From NCBI GenBank assembly GCA_965214705.1, contig CBDCCI010000002.1, positions 1,344,001 through 1,408,000 on the forward strand: a stretch of 64,000 bases of DNA, written 5' to 3'. The position numbers and the translations under genes are program-made. The DNA is from Alphaproteobacteria bacterium (GTDB lineage Bacteria > Pseudomonadota > Alphaproteobacteria > UBA828). The notes under the pieces are model-generated. The model searched no databases. It was not told the DNA's origin and worked only from the letters and a program-made list of their open reading frames with translations. Shown in pieces: positions 19,101-29,683 of the stretch; positions within the stretch are counted from its first letter, which is position 1; each line of letters opens with the position of its first letter.

Positions 19101-21587
19101 ATGCCCGAGATCATGAGGGACGACGGCGGCGTGGGCGCCGGCAAGCCGCTCCCAAGCCACGCCAGGGTCGTCGTCATCGGTGGCGGCGTGGTGGGTTGTT
19201 CGATCCTCTTCCATCTCGCCAAATTCGGCTGGAAGGACGTGATCCTGCTGGAGCGGGAAGAGCTCACCGCTGGATCGTCCTGGCACGCGGCCGGAATGAT
19301 CCATACGCTTTCGTCGGATCCCAACATCTCCCGCCTGCAGGGCTACACGATCAATCTCTACAAGGAGATCGAGGAGACCTCGGGCCAGTCCGTCGGCATG
19401 CACAACACCGGCGGCTTCTACCTTGCCTCCACCAGGGACTGGTACGACTACCTGAAGCGCGAGCGCTCCAAGGCGCGCTACATGGGGCTCGACCAGGAAT
19501 TCATCTCGCCGAAGGAGGTCGCGGAGCGCCATCCCCTGATCGATCCGAAGCACTACTACGCGGCGCTCTGGGACGAGCTCGACGGCGACGTCGACCCCTC
19601 CGGAGCGACCTACGCCTTCGCCAAGTCCGCGCGCGTCCACGGTGCCCAGTATTTCACCCGGACTCCGGTGGTGGAGACCAACCAATTTCCGGACGGCTCG
19701 TGGGACGTGGTCACACCGCGCGGCACGGTAAACGCCGAGCACATCGTGAACTGCGGCGGGCTCTGGGCGCGTGAAGTCGGACAGTTAGCGGGCGTCGCGC
19801 TCCCGGTCCAGCCGATGGAGCACCACTACCTCATTACCGACACGATCCGCGTGATCGCGGAGAGGATGGGGGAAGGCGGCGCCGGCCACTTGCCGGGGGG
19901 TATCGACTACGAGGCCAACATCTATTTCCGGCAGGAGCGGCATAGCGTCTTGCTGGGCACATACGAGCCCAAGTCCACGCCGTGGAACGTCTCCGGCACG
20001 CCGCTCGACTTCGGCCAGGAGCTGCTGCCGCACGACCTCGACCGCATCGCCGACCGGCTGGAGATGTCGTTCGAGCGCATCCCGGCGCTCGGTGAGGCGG
20101 GGATCAAGGACGTCATCTGCGGCCCCTTCACCTTTGGTCCCGACGGCAACCCGATGATCGGTCCGGTGCCGGGGGTGCGGAACTACTGGGTAGCCGTCGG
20201 CGTCATGGCCGGCTTCTGCCAGGGAGGCGGAGTTGGCCGCAGCATGGCCGAGTGGATGATCGACGGCGAGCCTTCGATCGATGTGTGGGCGATGGATATC
20301 GCCCGCTTCGGCGAGTTCGCGACGCCCGAGTGGGGCACGGTCAAGTCGGCGGAGAATTACGAGCGCCGCTTCGTGATGACCTTTCCCAACGAGACCTTGC
20401 CGAAGGGCCGGCGTCAGAAGACCACCGCGCTCTACGACCGGCTAGTCGCCAAGGGCGCGGTGATGGATCAGGGTTTCGGGCTGGAGCACGCGCTCTGGTT
20501 CGCCGATGGGCCGGAGGATGCCCACGAAGACCCATCCTTCCGTCGCTCCCGCGCCCACGAGTACGTCGCGCTCGAAGTGAAGGCGGTGCGCGAGGCCGTG
20601 GGCTGCATCGAGATCGCCAACTATTCCAAGCACGGCTTCGAAGGCCCCGGTGCCCGCGGCTTCCTGGATCGTGTGCTGGCCGGCCGCGTGCCGAAGCCCG
20701 GCCGCATCGCGCTGACGCCAATGCTGACCGAGCAGGGCAAGCTCTACGGCGATCTGACGGTCGCGTGCCTGGCGGAAGATCGCTTCCTGTTGGTCGGCTC
20801 AGGGGTCATGCAGGAGGCGCATCGGCGTTGGTTCGAGCAACGCCTCGGCACCGGCGTCGAGTACCAGAACCTCTCGGACGCGTTGCACGGCATCGCGCTC
20901 TCGGGCCCCAACTCCCGCGATTTGCTCGCCCGCATCACCCGCGACGACGTGTCGGCGGAGGCGTTCCGCTTCCGCGATATTCGCGAGACCTTCGTTGGCA
21001 GGGTGCCGGCCATCGTCTCGCGGCTCAGCTTCTCCGGTGAGCTCGGCTACGAGATCTATGCCGCGCCGCAGTACCAGATCGCGTTGGCGGAGGCGATCGA
21101 GGAGGCCGGCGCCGATCTTGGGCTGCGCTGGTACGGGGCGCGGGCACTGATGTCGCTCCGGCTGGAGAAGGCCTGGGGCGTCTGGACACTCGACTACCGC
21201 CCCGACTTCACTGCGGCCGAGAGCGGGCTCGACGCCTTCATCCAGTGGGACAAGGAGTTTGTCGGCAAGGCGGCGGCGGAAGCCGAGCGACAGGCAGGGC
21301 CTTCAAGGCGCCTGGTGCCGCTGGTTATCGACTCCCCGTCAATCGACGGTGAACCCATCGACGTTTCCAACGACGAGGCAGTTCTGCGAGACGGCGCGGC
21401 GGTCGGATACGTGAGTTCCGGCGGCTACGCGCACCATATCGGGCAGTCCATGGCGATGGGTTATGTGCCGACGGAGATGGCGGTGACCGACGAACGCTTC
21501 GACGTCGAAATCCTGGGCGAGATGTTCCCCGCCCGCGTTCACACCACACCGCTCTACGACCCCAACGGCGGGAGAATGCGAAGCTGA
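19101..21587 (+). CDS. Dimethylglycine-dehydrogenase-like flavoprotein (DAO + GcvT domains)
   Basis: GGGVVG, LTAGSSWHAAG, SFSGELGYEI, SLRLEK, YDPNGGRMRS. Confidence 0.9.
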   Translation: MPEIMRDDGGVGAGKPLPSHARVVVIGGGVVGCSILFHLAKFGWKDVILLEREELTAGSSWHAAGMIHTLSSDPNISRLQGYTINLYKEIEETSGQSVGMHNTGGFYLASTRDWYDYLKRERSKARYMGLDQEFISPKEVAERHPLIDPKHYYAALWDELDGDVDPSGATYAFAKSARVHGAQYFTRTPVVETNQFPDGSWDVVTPRGTVNAEHIVNCGGLWAREVGQLAGVALPVQPMEHHYLITDTIRVIAERMGEGGAGHLPGGIDYEANIYFRQERHSVLLGTYEPKSTPWNVSGTPLDFGQELLPHDLDRIADRLEMSFERIPALGEAGIKDVICGPFTFGPDGNPMIGPVPGVRNYWVAVGVMAGFCQGGGVGRSMAEWMIDGEPSIDVWAMDIARFGEFATPEWGTVKSAENYERRFVMTFPNETLPKGRRQKTTALYDRLVAKGAVMDQGFGLEHALWFADGPEDAHEDPSFRRSRAHEYVALEVKAVREAVGCIEIANYSKHGFEGPGARGFLDRVLAGRVPKPGRIALTPMLTEQGKLYGDLTVACLAEDRFLLVGSGVMQEAHRRWFEQRLGTGVEYQNLSDALHGIALSGPNSRDLLARITRDDVSAEAFRFRDIRETFVGRVPAIVSRLSFSGELGYEIYAAPQYQIALAEAIEEAGADLGLRWYGARALMSLRLEKAWGVWTLDYRPDFTAAESGLDAFIQWDKEFVGKAAAEAERQAGPSRRLVPLVIDSPSIDGEPIDVSNDEAVLRDGAAVGYVSSGGYAHHIGQSMAMGYVPTEMAVTDERFDVEILGEMFPARVHTTPLYDPNGGRMRS

Positions 21588-21797
21588 TATGCATTCTTGG
21601 ATATCAGCAATCGCCAACTACCGGGAGCCGGCACGGCGACACGCTCTCCCCCAAATGGGGCAAGGGGCGACAGGGCATCAGCAATGGGCTAGGTTTGGTC
21701 GGCCAGTTCGTTTGGGGCGGGGAGAATGGGGCCGCGTATCTCTTTCCAAGAGCGGTGCAGCGGTGCCGGCACAGAGCAACACTCGGAGGAAAAGCGG

Positions 21798-23525
21798 ATG
21801 AAAGACAGAAAAGTGCTAAGCCGTGATCCACGGCGCTATACGCTGCCGTCGGAGCGCGCATTGGGCGCCAAGACGCATTCCTATATGCCCGAGCTTTGCG
21901 ACCAGCTTCGAACGGGCAAGATCAACCGGCGCGACTTCCTGCGCCAGGCGGCCCTGCTCGGCATGGCGACCGGCACCGTCTACGCCATGGCCGACCAGCT
22001 CACCGGCCGCGGTGACGTGATCGGCTCTGCGATGGCCGACGAAATGCCAAAGGCGGGCGGCACGCTCAGGGTCTCCATGCGTGTGCAGGAGATGACCGAT
22101 CCGGCGACCTTCCCCTGGACAGAGAGGTCGAACGTCTCGCGCTTCATGGTCGAGTATTTGACTCGTACCGGGTCGGACAACGTCACGGTCCCCTATCTCG
22201 CCAAGAGTTGGGAGGCCTCCGACGACCTGGCGACCTGGGTGTTCCACCTGAACCAGGGCATCACCTGGTCGAACGGCGACGCCTTCACCTCCGCCGACGT
22301 TGCTCATACGGTCAACCGCTGGCTCGACCCGGCGGTCGGCTCTTCGAACCTCGGGCTCTTCGGCGCCATGGTCGAGGAGGGCGAGGACGGCCAACCGCGC
22401 GGCATCCCTGGCGCGGTCGAGGTGATCGACGACCACACGATCCAGTTCAACCTGAAGCAGCCCGCTCTGGCCATGCCGGAGAACTTCTACAACTACCCGA
22501 CCGCCATTGTGCATCGGGGCTTCGGTGTGGACTACGAGGCCGATCTCTCGGCCAACCCGATCGGCACCGGACCGTTCGAGCTTGCCGAGTACGCGCTGGG
22601 CGAGGTCGCCATCCTCAAGCGGGCACGGGACTGGTGGGCCGGGGACTTCTACCTCGACGAAATCCACTATTTCGACCACGGCGAGGACACCAACGCCTGG
22701 ATCGCGGCGCTCGCATCGCAGCAGGTGGACATGGTCTTCCGCCTGCCGAACAACCTTATCGATGCGGCGCAGGCTCTGCCGTTCGTGGACATTCACCCGG
22801 TCACGACCGCGCAGACCGCGGTCATGAGGTTCCGGATCACGGAGGCGCCCTTCGACAATCTCAAGCTTCGCCAGGCGGTCGCGGCGTGCATGGATCACCA
22901 GGAGATCCTGGACAAGGCGTTCCAGGGTCGTGGTCAGATCGCCGAGAACCACCACGTCTGCCCGATCCATCCAGAGTATGCGGCGCTGCCGCCGCTAACA
23001 CGGGACGTCGAGAAGGCGAAGGCGCTTTTGGCCGAGGCCGGCTATGCCGACGGGATCACGCTCGAGATCGCCAACGGCGACACTGAGGGCCCGTGGATGA
23101 CCGACGCCTGCGCGATCTTCAAGAACCAGGCGGCGCCGGCGGGCATCAACATTGAGATCAACAAGATGCCGGCCAACCAGTACTGGGAGGTCTGGGACAA
23201 GGCGCCATGGGGCTACACCGCGTGGACGCATCGCCCACTTGGCACCATGGTGCTCGGCCTTGCCTACCGGAAAGGCGTGCCGTGGAACGAAGTCGCCTAC
23301 GACAACCCGGCCTTCGATGCGGCGCTCGACGATGCCGAGGGTACTCTCGACGTCAACGAGCGCAGGAAGAAGATGGAGGTTTGCCAGAAGCTCCTGCAGG
23401 ACGACGCGATCATCCCGCAGCCGTTCTGGCGCTCGGTCTACAAGGCGGCGAACAAGCGGGTGAAGGGCCACCAGACCCACCCGACGCTTTACCACCAGTT
23501 CCACAACGTGTGGCTGGACGGTTGA
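21798..23525 (+). CDS. Peptide/nickel-type (DppA family) ABC substrate-binding protein, Tat signal
   Basis: NRRDFLR, GITWSNGDAFTSADV, IGTGPF; GGAGG upstream of ATG 21798. Confidence 0.9.
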   Translation: MKDRKVLSRDPRRYTLPSERALGAKTHSYMPELCDQLRTGKINRRDFLRQAALLGMATGTVYAMADQLTGRGDVIGSAMADEMPKAGGTLRVSMRVQEMTDPATFPWTERSNVSRFMVEYLTRTGSDNVTVPYLAKSWEASDDLATWVFHLNQGITWSNGDAFTSADVAHTVNRWLDPAVGSSNLGLFGAMVEEGEDGQPRGIPGAVEVIDDHTIQFNLKQPALAMPENFYNYPTAIVHRGFGVDYEADLSANPIGTGPFELAEYALGEVAILKRARDWWAGDFYLDEIHYFDHGEDTNAWIAALASQQVDMVFRLPNNLIDAAQALPFVDIHPVTTAQTAVMRFRITEAPFDNLKLRQAVAACMDHQEILDKAFQGRGQIAENHHVCPIHPEYAALPPLTRDVEKAKALLAEAGYADGITLEIANGDTEGPWMTDACAIFKNQAAPAGINIEINKMPANQYWEVWDKAPWGYTAWTHRPLGTMVLGLAYRKGVPWNEVAYDNPAFDAALDDAEGTLDVNERRKKMEVCQKLLQDDAIIPQPFWRSVYKAANKRVKGHQTHPTLYHQFHNVWLDG

Positions 23526-23532
23526 GCAGAAA

Positions 23533-23569
23533 GCGGCGCGGGAGGTGCAAGTCTCCCGCGCCGCGTTTT
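23533..23569 (+). terminator. Terminator-like hairpin after SBP gene
   Basis: 12-bp stem GCGGCGCGGGAG / CTCCCGCGCCGC followed by GTTTT. Confidence 0.65.
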
Positions 23570-23604
23570 CCGCTTAGGCGGGTGCCCTCGGTGCGGGGCG
23601 TTTA

Positions 23605-23875
23605 CTAGCCTGGATTTCTCACCAATGTCACAGCCTGCGTCGCGCCCAGACGTTCGATCCGCCAGGAGCGGGCCGAAAAGCGTATCAGGGAATACGGTTG
23701 AGGTTCGCGACGCCGCGGGCGAGCGCCGGGGCGCGACCCGAAGGGCGGTGCTTTCAGGCCGACAGAGTGCGTCAAGCCGTTTGCCCGATGCCCCACATCG
23801 CGCTGCACGGCTTTCCTGCTCTGTCGGCCTGAAAGCACCGCGCAGACCATGACATTGGTGAGAAAGCCGGGCTAG
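23605..23875. mobile_element. MITE-like non-autonomous element, 271 bp
   Basis: 26-bp TIRs CTAGCCtGGaTTTCTCACCAATGTCA (2 mismatches) with CTAG at both ends; internal perfect 23-bp IR at 23745-23767 / 23819-23841; no transposase. Confidence 0.8.
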
Positions 23876-23890
23876 ACACCGGCGTTCGGC

Positions 23891-24823
23891 ATGGTCCAGC
23901 TGATCATCCGTCGCATCGGCATGATGATCCTCATCATGCTGGTCGTTGCGCTGCTGCTCTTCCTCATCAACGAGGGCGACCCGAGACTGATCGCCCGCAG
24001 TATTCTCGGTCCCTACGCGCAAGACCAGCAGCTCGACGCCTGGGTCATCGAGAACGGCTACGACCGTTCCGTCATCGTCCGTTATTTCGAATGGATCGGC
24101 CGAATATTCTCCGGCGATCTCGGAGACTCGGTCATCTACAAGAGGCCGGTCAGCGAGATCTTCTGGGACCGCCTGGGCAACACCGGCATCTTGGCGGGCG
24201 TCACCTTCGTCATCATGGTGCTGATCGCACTCACCCTCGGCGTGCTGGCGGGGATGAAGGAAGGCTCCCTGCAGGACCGGGCGATCTCGGTCTTCTCGAT
24301 CATCACCACCTCGATTCCCGAATACGCGAGCGCCGTCTTCCTGGTCGGTATCTTCGTCTTCTGGCTCGGCTGGTTGCCCGGCACCTCGTCGATGACGTCC
24401 GGGTTCGATCCGGTCCAGATGATCCTGCCTGTACTTGTACTGACGCTATATGGCTTCGGCTACATCGCGCGGATGACGCGCGCGTCGATGGCCGAGGTGA
24501 TGACCACGCCTTACATACGAACGGCGGTGCTCAAGGGCCTGCCCTACCGGCACATCATCCTCAAGCACGCCTTGAGAAACGCGCTGATCGCGCCCTTCAC
24601 CGTGATCATGCTGCAGATCAACTGGCTGCTGTCCGGCGTGGTCGTGACCGAGTTTGCCTTCGGCTACAAGGGGTTCGGCGCGCTGCTTCTGGAGGCGGCG
24701 CTCCGGCGCGACATCTTCGTCATCGAGGCCTGCGGCGTCGCGGCGGTCTTCGTCGCGGTCTTCACCCAGACCGTAGGCGATCTTGGCTACACCTATCTGA
24801 ATCCGAGGATCAGGTTTAAGTGA
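23891..24823 (+). CDS. DppB/OppB-type ABC permease
   Basis: GDLGDS, YIRTAVLKGL, HALRNAL, LNPRIR. Confidence 0.93.
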   Translation: MVQLIIRRIGMMILIMLVVALLLFLINEGDPRLIARSILGPYAQDQQLDAWVIENGYDRSVIVRYFEWIGRIFSGDLGDSVIYKRPVSEIFWDRLGNTGILAGVTFVIMVLIALTLGVLAGMKEGSLQDRAISVFSIITTSIPEYASAVFLVGIFVFWLGWLPGTSSMTSGFDPVQMILPVLVLTLYGFGYIARMTRASMAEVMTTPYIRTAVLKGLPYRHIILKHALRNALIAPFTVIMLQINWLLSGVVVTEFAFGYKGFGALLLEAALRRDIFVIEACGVAAVFVAVFTQTVGDLGYTYLNPRIRFK

Positions 24824-25725
24824 GCGACGTGCCTCGCACGAACGACGTCAGCACGCCGCTCGCCAGGCGCGGCGCGAGCTTCGCGGCGTCGCTCAGGCCT
24901 GTCTTTCTGCTAAGGGAGAGCCCGGTCGGCATGATCGGGGGCGGAATCGTCCTCGGTTTTGTGATTCTGGCGATATTCGCGGAATTCATCGCGCCCTTCG
25001 ATCCCAATGCGACGATGGTGCCTTTCGCCTACCCCGGTGCGGAGGCGCCGGAAGGGGGCATCTTCCTACTCGGCACCGACCATCTTGGGCGCGACATCCT
25101 GTCGAGGATCATCTTCGGCGGTCAGCGGGTGCTCTTCTACGCCACGGCGGCTACGGTCGCGGCCTACGTCGTGGGCATCCTCATGGGCCTCGCCGCGGGG
25201 TACTTCCGGGGCTATCTCGACGAAATTCTTTCGTTTGTTGCCAACGTCATCCTCTCCTTCCCCATCATGGTGCTCTACGTGCTGATCATCGCGAAGGTCG
25301 GCGCGTCCGGGATCAACATCATCTTCGCCGTCGTCTTTGCGTCCTCGCCCGGCATCATGCGTATCGTGCGCGGCGTGACCATGGACATCGCGACGCGTGA
25401 TTACATCGCTGCAGCCCAGACCCGGGGCGAAGGCCCCTGGTACATCATGCTGATGGAGATCCTGCCCAACGCGCGCGGGCCGCTGATCGTCGATTTCTGT
25501 CTGCGCATGGGCTACACCACGATCACCATCGGCGCGCTCGGATTCCTCGGCCTCGGCCTGCCGCCGCCGGACCCCGACTGGGGCGGCATGATTACCGAGA
25601 CCCGCGCCTTCGTCTCCGGCGGCTTCCCGCACATGGCGATCTTGCCGGCCTGCGCCGTCTCCCTGCTGGTGCTCGGTTTCAACCTGCTGGCGGACGGCCT
25701 GCGCGAAGTGTCGCTCAGGGACTAG
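24820..25725 (+). CDS. DppC/OppC-type ABC permease
   Basis: LGTDHLGRDILSR, YIAAAQTRGE, LGFLGLGLPPPDPDWG. Confidence 0.93.
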   Translation: MSDVPRTNDVSTPLARRGASFAASLRPVFLLRESPVGMIGGGIVLGFVILAIFAEFIAPFDPNATMVPFAYPGAEAPEGGIFLLGTDHLGRDILSRIIFGGQRVLFYATAATVAAYVVGILMGLAAGYFRGYLDEILSFVANVILSFPIMVLYVLIIAKVGASGINIIFAVVFASSPGIMRIVRGVTMDIATRDYIAAAQTRGEGPWYIMLMEILPNARGPLIVDFCLRMGYTTITIGALGFLGLGLPPPDPDWGGMITETRAFVSGGFPHMAILPACAVSLLVLGFNLLADGLREVSLRD

Positions 25726-25735
25726 GAGAGGCAGA

Positions 25736-27847
25736 ATGTCGGATCACGCTTCCGAGCCGCCAGTCCTCGAGATCACCGGCCTCTGCCTCAGCTACTACAC
25801 GCGGGCCGGCGAGGTTCCCGCCGTCTACGACTTCGACCTCACCGTGGCCAGGGGCGAATCGGTCGGCCTCGTCGGCGAATCCGGCTGCGGCAAGTCGACG
25901 GTTGCCAACGGCATCATGCGCTACATGGGGCACAACGGCGACATCGTCGGCGGTACCATCAAATTCAAGGGCCGCGACATGGCCGAGATGTCCGAGGAGG
26001 AAATCCGCCGGGTGCGCGGCAAGGACATCGCCATGATCTACCAGGAGCCGATGGCCTCGCTCAATCCGAGCCTGACCATCGGCCAGCAGCTCACGGAAGT
26101 GCCGATAATCCACGAGGGCGTGAGCCGGAACGAGGCCTTCGAGCGCGCCCACGACATGCTGTCGGCGGTGCATATTCCGGACCCGAAGCGGCTGATGATC
26201 TCCTACCCGCACCAGGTCTCCGGCGGCCAGCAGCAGCGCGTGGTGATTGCCATGGCGCTGCTCTCACGGCCCGCACTGCTGTTGCTGGACGAGCCGACGA
26301 CGGCACTCGACGTGACGGTGGAGGCGGGCATCGTCGAGTTGATCGCTGAGCTCAGCCGCGAGACCGGCTCCTCGCTGCTCTACATCTCCCACAATCTCGG
26401 CCTGATGCTGGAGGTCTGCGACCGCATCTGCGTGATGTACTCGGGCGAGGTGGTGGAGGAGGGGACGATCGATTCGATATTCTCCTGGCCCAAGCACCCC
26501 TACACGCAGGGCCTCTTCGGTTGCATTCCGTTGCCGCACGCAGACAAGAACGCGCGCCCGCTGGTCTCGATCAAGGGCCAGCTTCCGCTCCCGCATGAGC
26601 GGCCCGAGGGCTGCAATTTTGGGCCGCGTTGCGGGTTCTTCGAGCAGGGGCGGTGTGACAAGGGCCTGATCCCGATGGATGAGGTGCACACCGACGACGA
26701 CCCGGCGCATCGGGTGCGATGTAGGCGCTGGGAGGGGATCGACGTCACCGAGGCGGTGCGTGTCGATGACGTCCGTGAGCCGATCAAGGTCGGCGAGACA
26801 GTCCTCGAGGTCGCCGACATGCGCAAGTATTACAAGGTGCGCGACCGCTCGTTGGCGGCGCTCGTCTCCGGCGGTGCCGTGCGCGAAGTCAAGGCGAACG
26901 AGAGCATCAGCTTCCGTGCGGGCGAGGGCGAGACGGTCGCCATCGTGGGTGAATCAGGCTGCGGCAAGTCCACCTTCGCCAAGGTGTTGATGGGGCTGGA
27001 GACTGCGACCGACGGCGAGGTGACGCTGGATGGAACCGACCTTGGCAGCATTCCGGTCAACAAGCGCACGGCAGCGCAACTCTCCTCCCTGCAGATGGTG
27101 TTCCAGAACCCGAACGACACGCTCAACCCGTCTCACTCCGTAGGCTATCAGATCGGCCGGGTGATCAAGCGCTTCGGCATCGAGCGCGATTCGGCCAAGC
27201 GGAGGGAGCTGGTGTACGAGCTGCTCGACACGGTGAAGCTGCCGCGCGCCTTCATGACACGCAAGCCGCGCCAACTCTCCGGCGGTCAGAAGCAGCGAGT
27301 GGGTATCGCCCGCGCCTTTGCCGGCAACCCGAAGACGGTGATCGCTGACGAGCCGATCTCGGCGCTCGACGTCTCGGTGGCCGCGGCGGTGACCGAGCTG
27401 CTGATGGACATTCAGCGCGAGCACCGCACCACGCTGCTCTTCATCAGTCACGACCTCTCGGCGGTGCGCTACCTTTCCGACCGCGTGGTGGTGATGTATC
27501 TCGGCCAGATCATGGAGCGCGGCTCAACGGAGCAAATTTTCGCGCCCCCCTACCATCCCTACACCGAGGTGCTGCTCTCTGCGGTGCCGATCGCCGACCC
27601 CGAGGTGGAGAGGCGCCGCATCGTGCTGGAAGGCAGCCTGCCGAGTCCGCTCGATCCGCCCAAGGGGTGTCCCTTCTCGACCCGCTGCCCGCGCAAGCTC
27701 GGCGAGATTTGCGATAATGAGGCGCCGCCGCTTCAGACCAACGCCGACCGCCACGTCATCGCCTGCCACATTCCGCTCGAAGAGCTGCGCGACGTTGAGC
27801 CGGTGATTTCCATTCCCGACCGCGACGAGCTCCACGCTGCACAGTAA
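25736..27847 (+). CDS. Fused DppD/DppF ABC ATP-binding protein
   Basis: Two GESGCGKST motifs, two HPYT motifs, two C-terminal GC.F..RC Cys clusters. Confidence 0.93.
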   Translation: MSDHASEPPVLEITGLCLSYYTRAGEVPAVYDFDLTVARGESVGLVGESGCGKSTVANGIMRYMGHNGDIVGGTIKFKGRDMAEMSEEEIRRVRGKDIAMIYQEPMASLNPSLTIGQQLTEVPIIHEGVSRNEAFERAHDMLSAVHIPDPKRLMISYPHQVSGGQQQRVVIAMALLSRPALLLLDEPTTALDVTVEAGIVELIAELSRETGSSLLYISHNLGLMLEVCDRICVMYSGEVVEEGTIDSIFSWPKHPYTQGLFGCIPLPHADKNARPLVSIKGQLPLPHERPEGCNFGPRCGFFEQGRCDKGLIPMDEVHTDDDPAHRVRCRRWEGIDVTEAVRVDDVREPIKVGETVLEVADMRKYYKVRDRSLAALVSGGAVREVKANESISFRAGEGETVAIVGESGCGKSTFAKVLMGLETATDGEVTLDGTDLGSIPVNKRTAAQLSSLQMVFQNPNDTLNPSHSVGYQIGRVIKRFGIERDSAKRRELVYELLDTVKLPRAFMTRKPRQLSGGQKQRVGIARAFAGNPKTVIADEPISALDVSVAAAVTELLMDIQREHRTTLLFISHDLSAVRYLSDRVVVMYLGQIMERGSTEQIFAPPYHPYTEVLLSAVPIADPEVERRRIVLEGSLPSPLDPPKGCPFSTRCPRKLGEICDNEAPPLQTNADRHVIACHIPLEELRDVEPVISIPDRDELHAAQ

Positions 27848-27860
27848 TCCCACGAACAAC

Positions 27861-29060
27861 GTGCCGCAGGCGCCGGACGAGACGGCGCTTCGGCTGGGAC
27901 GGCTCAAGCGGCTCCGCGCGGAGATGGCGCGGATGGAATTCGCTGCGCTCGTGCTGACCGATCCGCACAACGTGCGCTACGCCACCGGCGCCCGGAACAT
28001 GATGCCGTTCCTTCTGCGCAATCCGGCGCGCTACGTGTTCGTGCCCATGGAAGGCCCGGTCGTGTTGTTCGAGTTCGCGGGTTGCGAGCACATGGAACGT
28101 GATAACCCGGCGATCGACGAGATCCGCGTTTCGACGACGGTCTCATACGTGGCGCGCGGGCCCCTGCTGGATGAGACGGCAAGGCTCTGGGCCGAGGAGA
28201 TTGCCGCGCTGATGCGCCAGTACTGTCCGGGCGAGACACGGATCGGCTTGGAACGCATCGATGCACGGGCCGTCGGCTATCTGGCGGATCGGGGGTTCAC
28301 GATCCTCGATGCGCAGGCCCCGACAGAGAGAGCGCGTGCGATCAAGACGCCGGAGGAAATCGTCTGCTCGAAGCGCTCCATGGCGTGCGTCATGGCGGCG
28401 GAAAAGACTCTCGAAGTCTCGATCCGGCCGGGAATCACCGAGAACGCGCTGTGGGCAGAGTTCCACCGCCATGTGATTGCCAATGATGGCGACTACGTGG
28501 AGACCCGGCTGCTCAGCTCGGGCGAGAAAACCAACCCCTGGTTTCAAGAGACCGACGACCGCGTGATCCGCGCCGGTGACCTGGTAGCGCACGATACAGA
28601 TGTCGTGGGACCGCACGGCTATTACGCCGATTTTTCACGCACCTTCCTCTGCGGCGACGGCCGGCCGACCCCGGAACAGCGAACGCTCTATCGCCTCGCC
28701 CATGAGCAGATCCAGCACAACATGGCGCTGATCGCACCGGGACGGACGTTCCGGGAAATCACGGAGTCGGCCTGGAAAATTCCCGCACCGTACTACGCCA
28801 GGCGCTATTACCTGATGGTTCACGGCATCGGGGCGACCGGCGAATACCCCTATGTCGTGTACGAGGCCGACTACGATGGGGGGCGGGACTACGACGGTGT
28901 CATTGAACCCAACATGACGCTCTGCGTGGAAAGCTTCATCGGTCACGAGGAAGGGAGCGAAGGGGTAAAATTGGAGCAACAGGTTCTGGTCACCGAAACA
29001 GGTTTCGAACTGATGAGCACGTTTCCCTTCGACGAGAGGTTGCTCGGCCGCGAGCTGTGA
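27861..29060 (+). CDS. M24 metallopeptidase-fold protein, DddP-related
   Basis: DPHNVRYATG, ETRLLSSGEKTNPWFQE, DTD..GPHGYYADFSRT, HGIG..GEYP, VKLEQQV. Confidence 0.85.
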   Translation: MPQAPDETALRLGRLKRLRAEMARMEFAALVLTDPHNVRYATGARNMMPFLLRNPARYVFVPMEGPVVLFEFAGCEHMERDNPAIDEIRVSTTVSYVARGPLLDETARLWAEEIAALMRQYCPGETRIGLERIDARAVGYLADRGFTILDAQAPTERARAIKTPEEIVCSKRSMACVMAAEKTLEVSIRPGITENALWAEFHRHVIANDGDYVETRLLSSGEKTNPWFQETDDRVIRAGDLVAHDTDVVGPHGYYADFSRTFLCGDGRPTPEQRTLYRLAHEQIQHNMALIAPGRTFREITESAWKIPAPYYARRYYLMVHGIGATGEYPYVVYEADYDGGRDYDGVIEPNMTLCVESFIGHEEGSEGVKLEQQVLVTETGFELMSTFPFDERLLGREL

Positions 29061-29683
29061 CGATGGGGATGTTGTTTCCGCCGCTTCCGTCTGGAGAATT
29101 CGACATTCTCTATGCCGATCCGCCCTGGGACTACAAAGGGCAGCTGCAGCACGCCGGCGAGGGTAGCCAGGATACGGGAGGCGCGGTCAGGCACTATCCG
29201 ACCGTGACCCTGGATGACCTCAAGACGTTGAACGTGTCGAGCATTTCAGCACAAGACAGTCTCCTGTTCATGTGGGCAACCAATCCGCATCTGGACCAGG
29301 CCATTGACCTGGGAAAGGCGTGGGGCTTTGCGTGGGCAACCGTGGCCTTCGTGTGGGATAAGGTAAGGGTAAATCCCGGCTTTTATACCATGAGCCAATG
29401 CGAGTTATGCCTCGTGTTCAAGAAAGGAAAGATCCCGTCCCCGCGCGGCGCCAGAAACGTGCGCCAGCTCGTCACCGCCAAGCGGGAGGCTCACTCGCAA
29501 AAACCCGATGAAGTGCGGCTGCGCATCGAAGAGATGTTTCCGCTTCTCCGCAAGATCGAACTGTTCGCGCGCGAGAAGGATGAGCAGTGCCTCACCGATG
29601 ATCGTTGGACGAAATGGGGATTCGAAGCGCATGGCGCGGAAACACCTGGAGTGTCGGGAGAGTTGGCAGGCCGTTGCTGCTGA
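29057..29683 (+). CDS. MT-A70-family N6-adenine DNA methyltransferase (M.MunI-like)
   Basis: ILYADPPW, LFMWATNPHL, HSQKPDEV, KIELFAR. Confidence 0.9.
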   Translation: MTMGMLFPPLPSGEFDILYADPPWDYKGQLQHAGEGSQDTGGAVRHYPTVTLDDLKTLNVSSISAQDSLLFMWATNPHLDQAIDLGKAWGFAWATVAFVWDKVRVNPGFYTMSQCELCLVFKKGKIPSPRGARNVRQLVTAKREAHSQKPDEVRLRIEEMFPLLRKIELFAREKDEQCLTDDRWTKWGFEAHGAETPGVSGELAGRCC

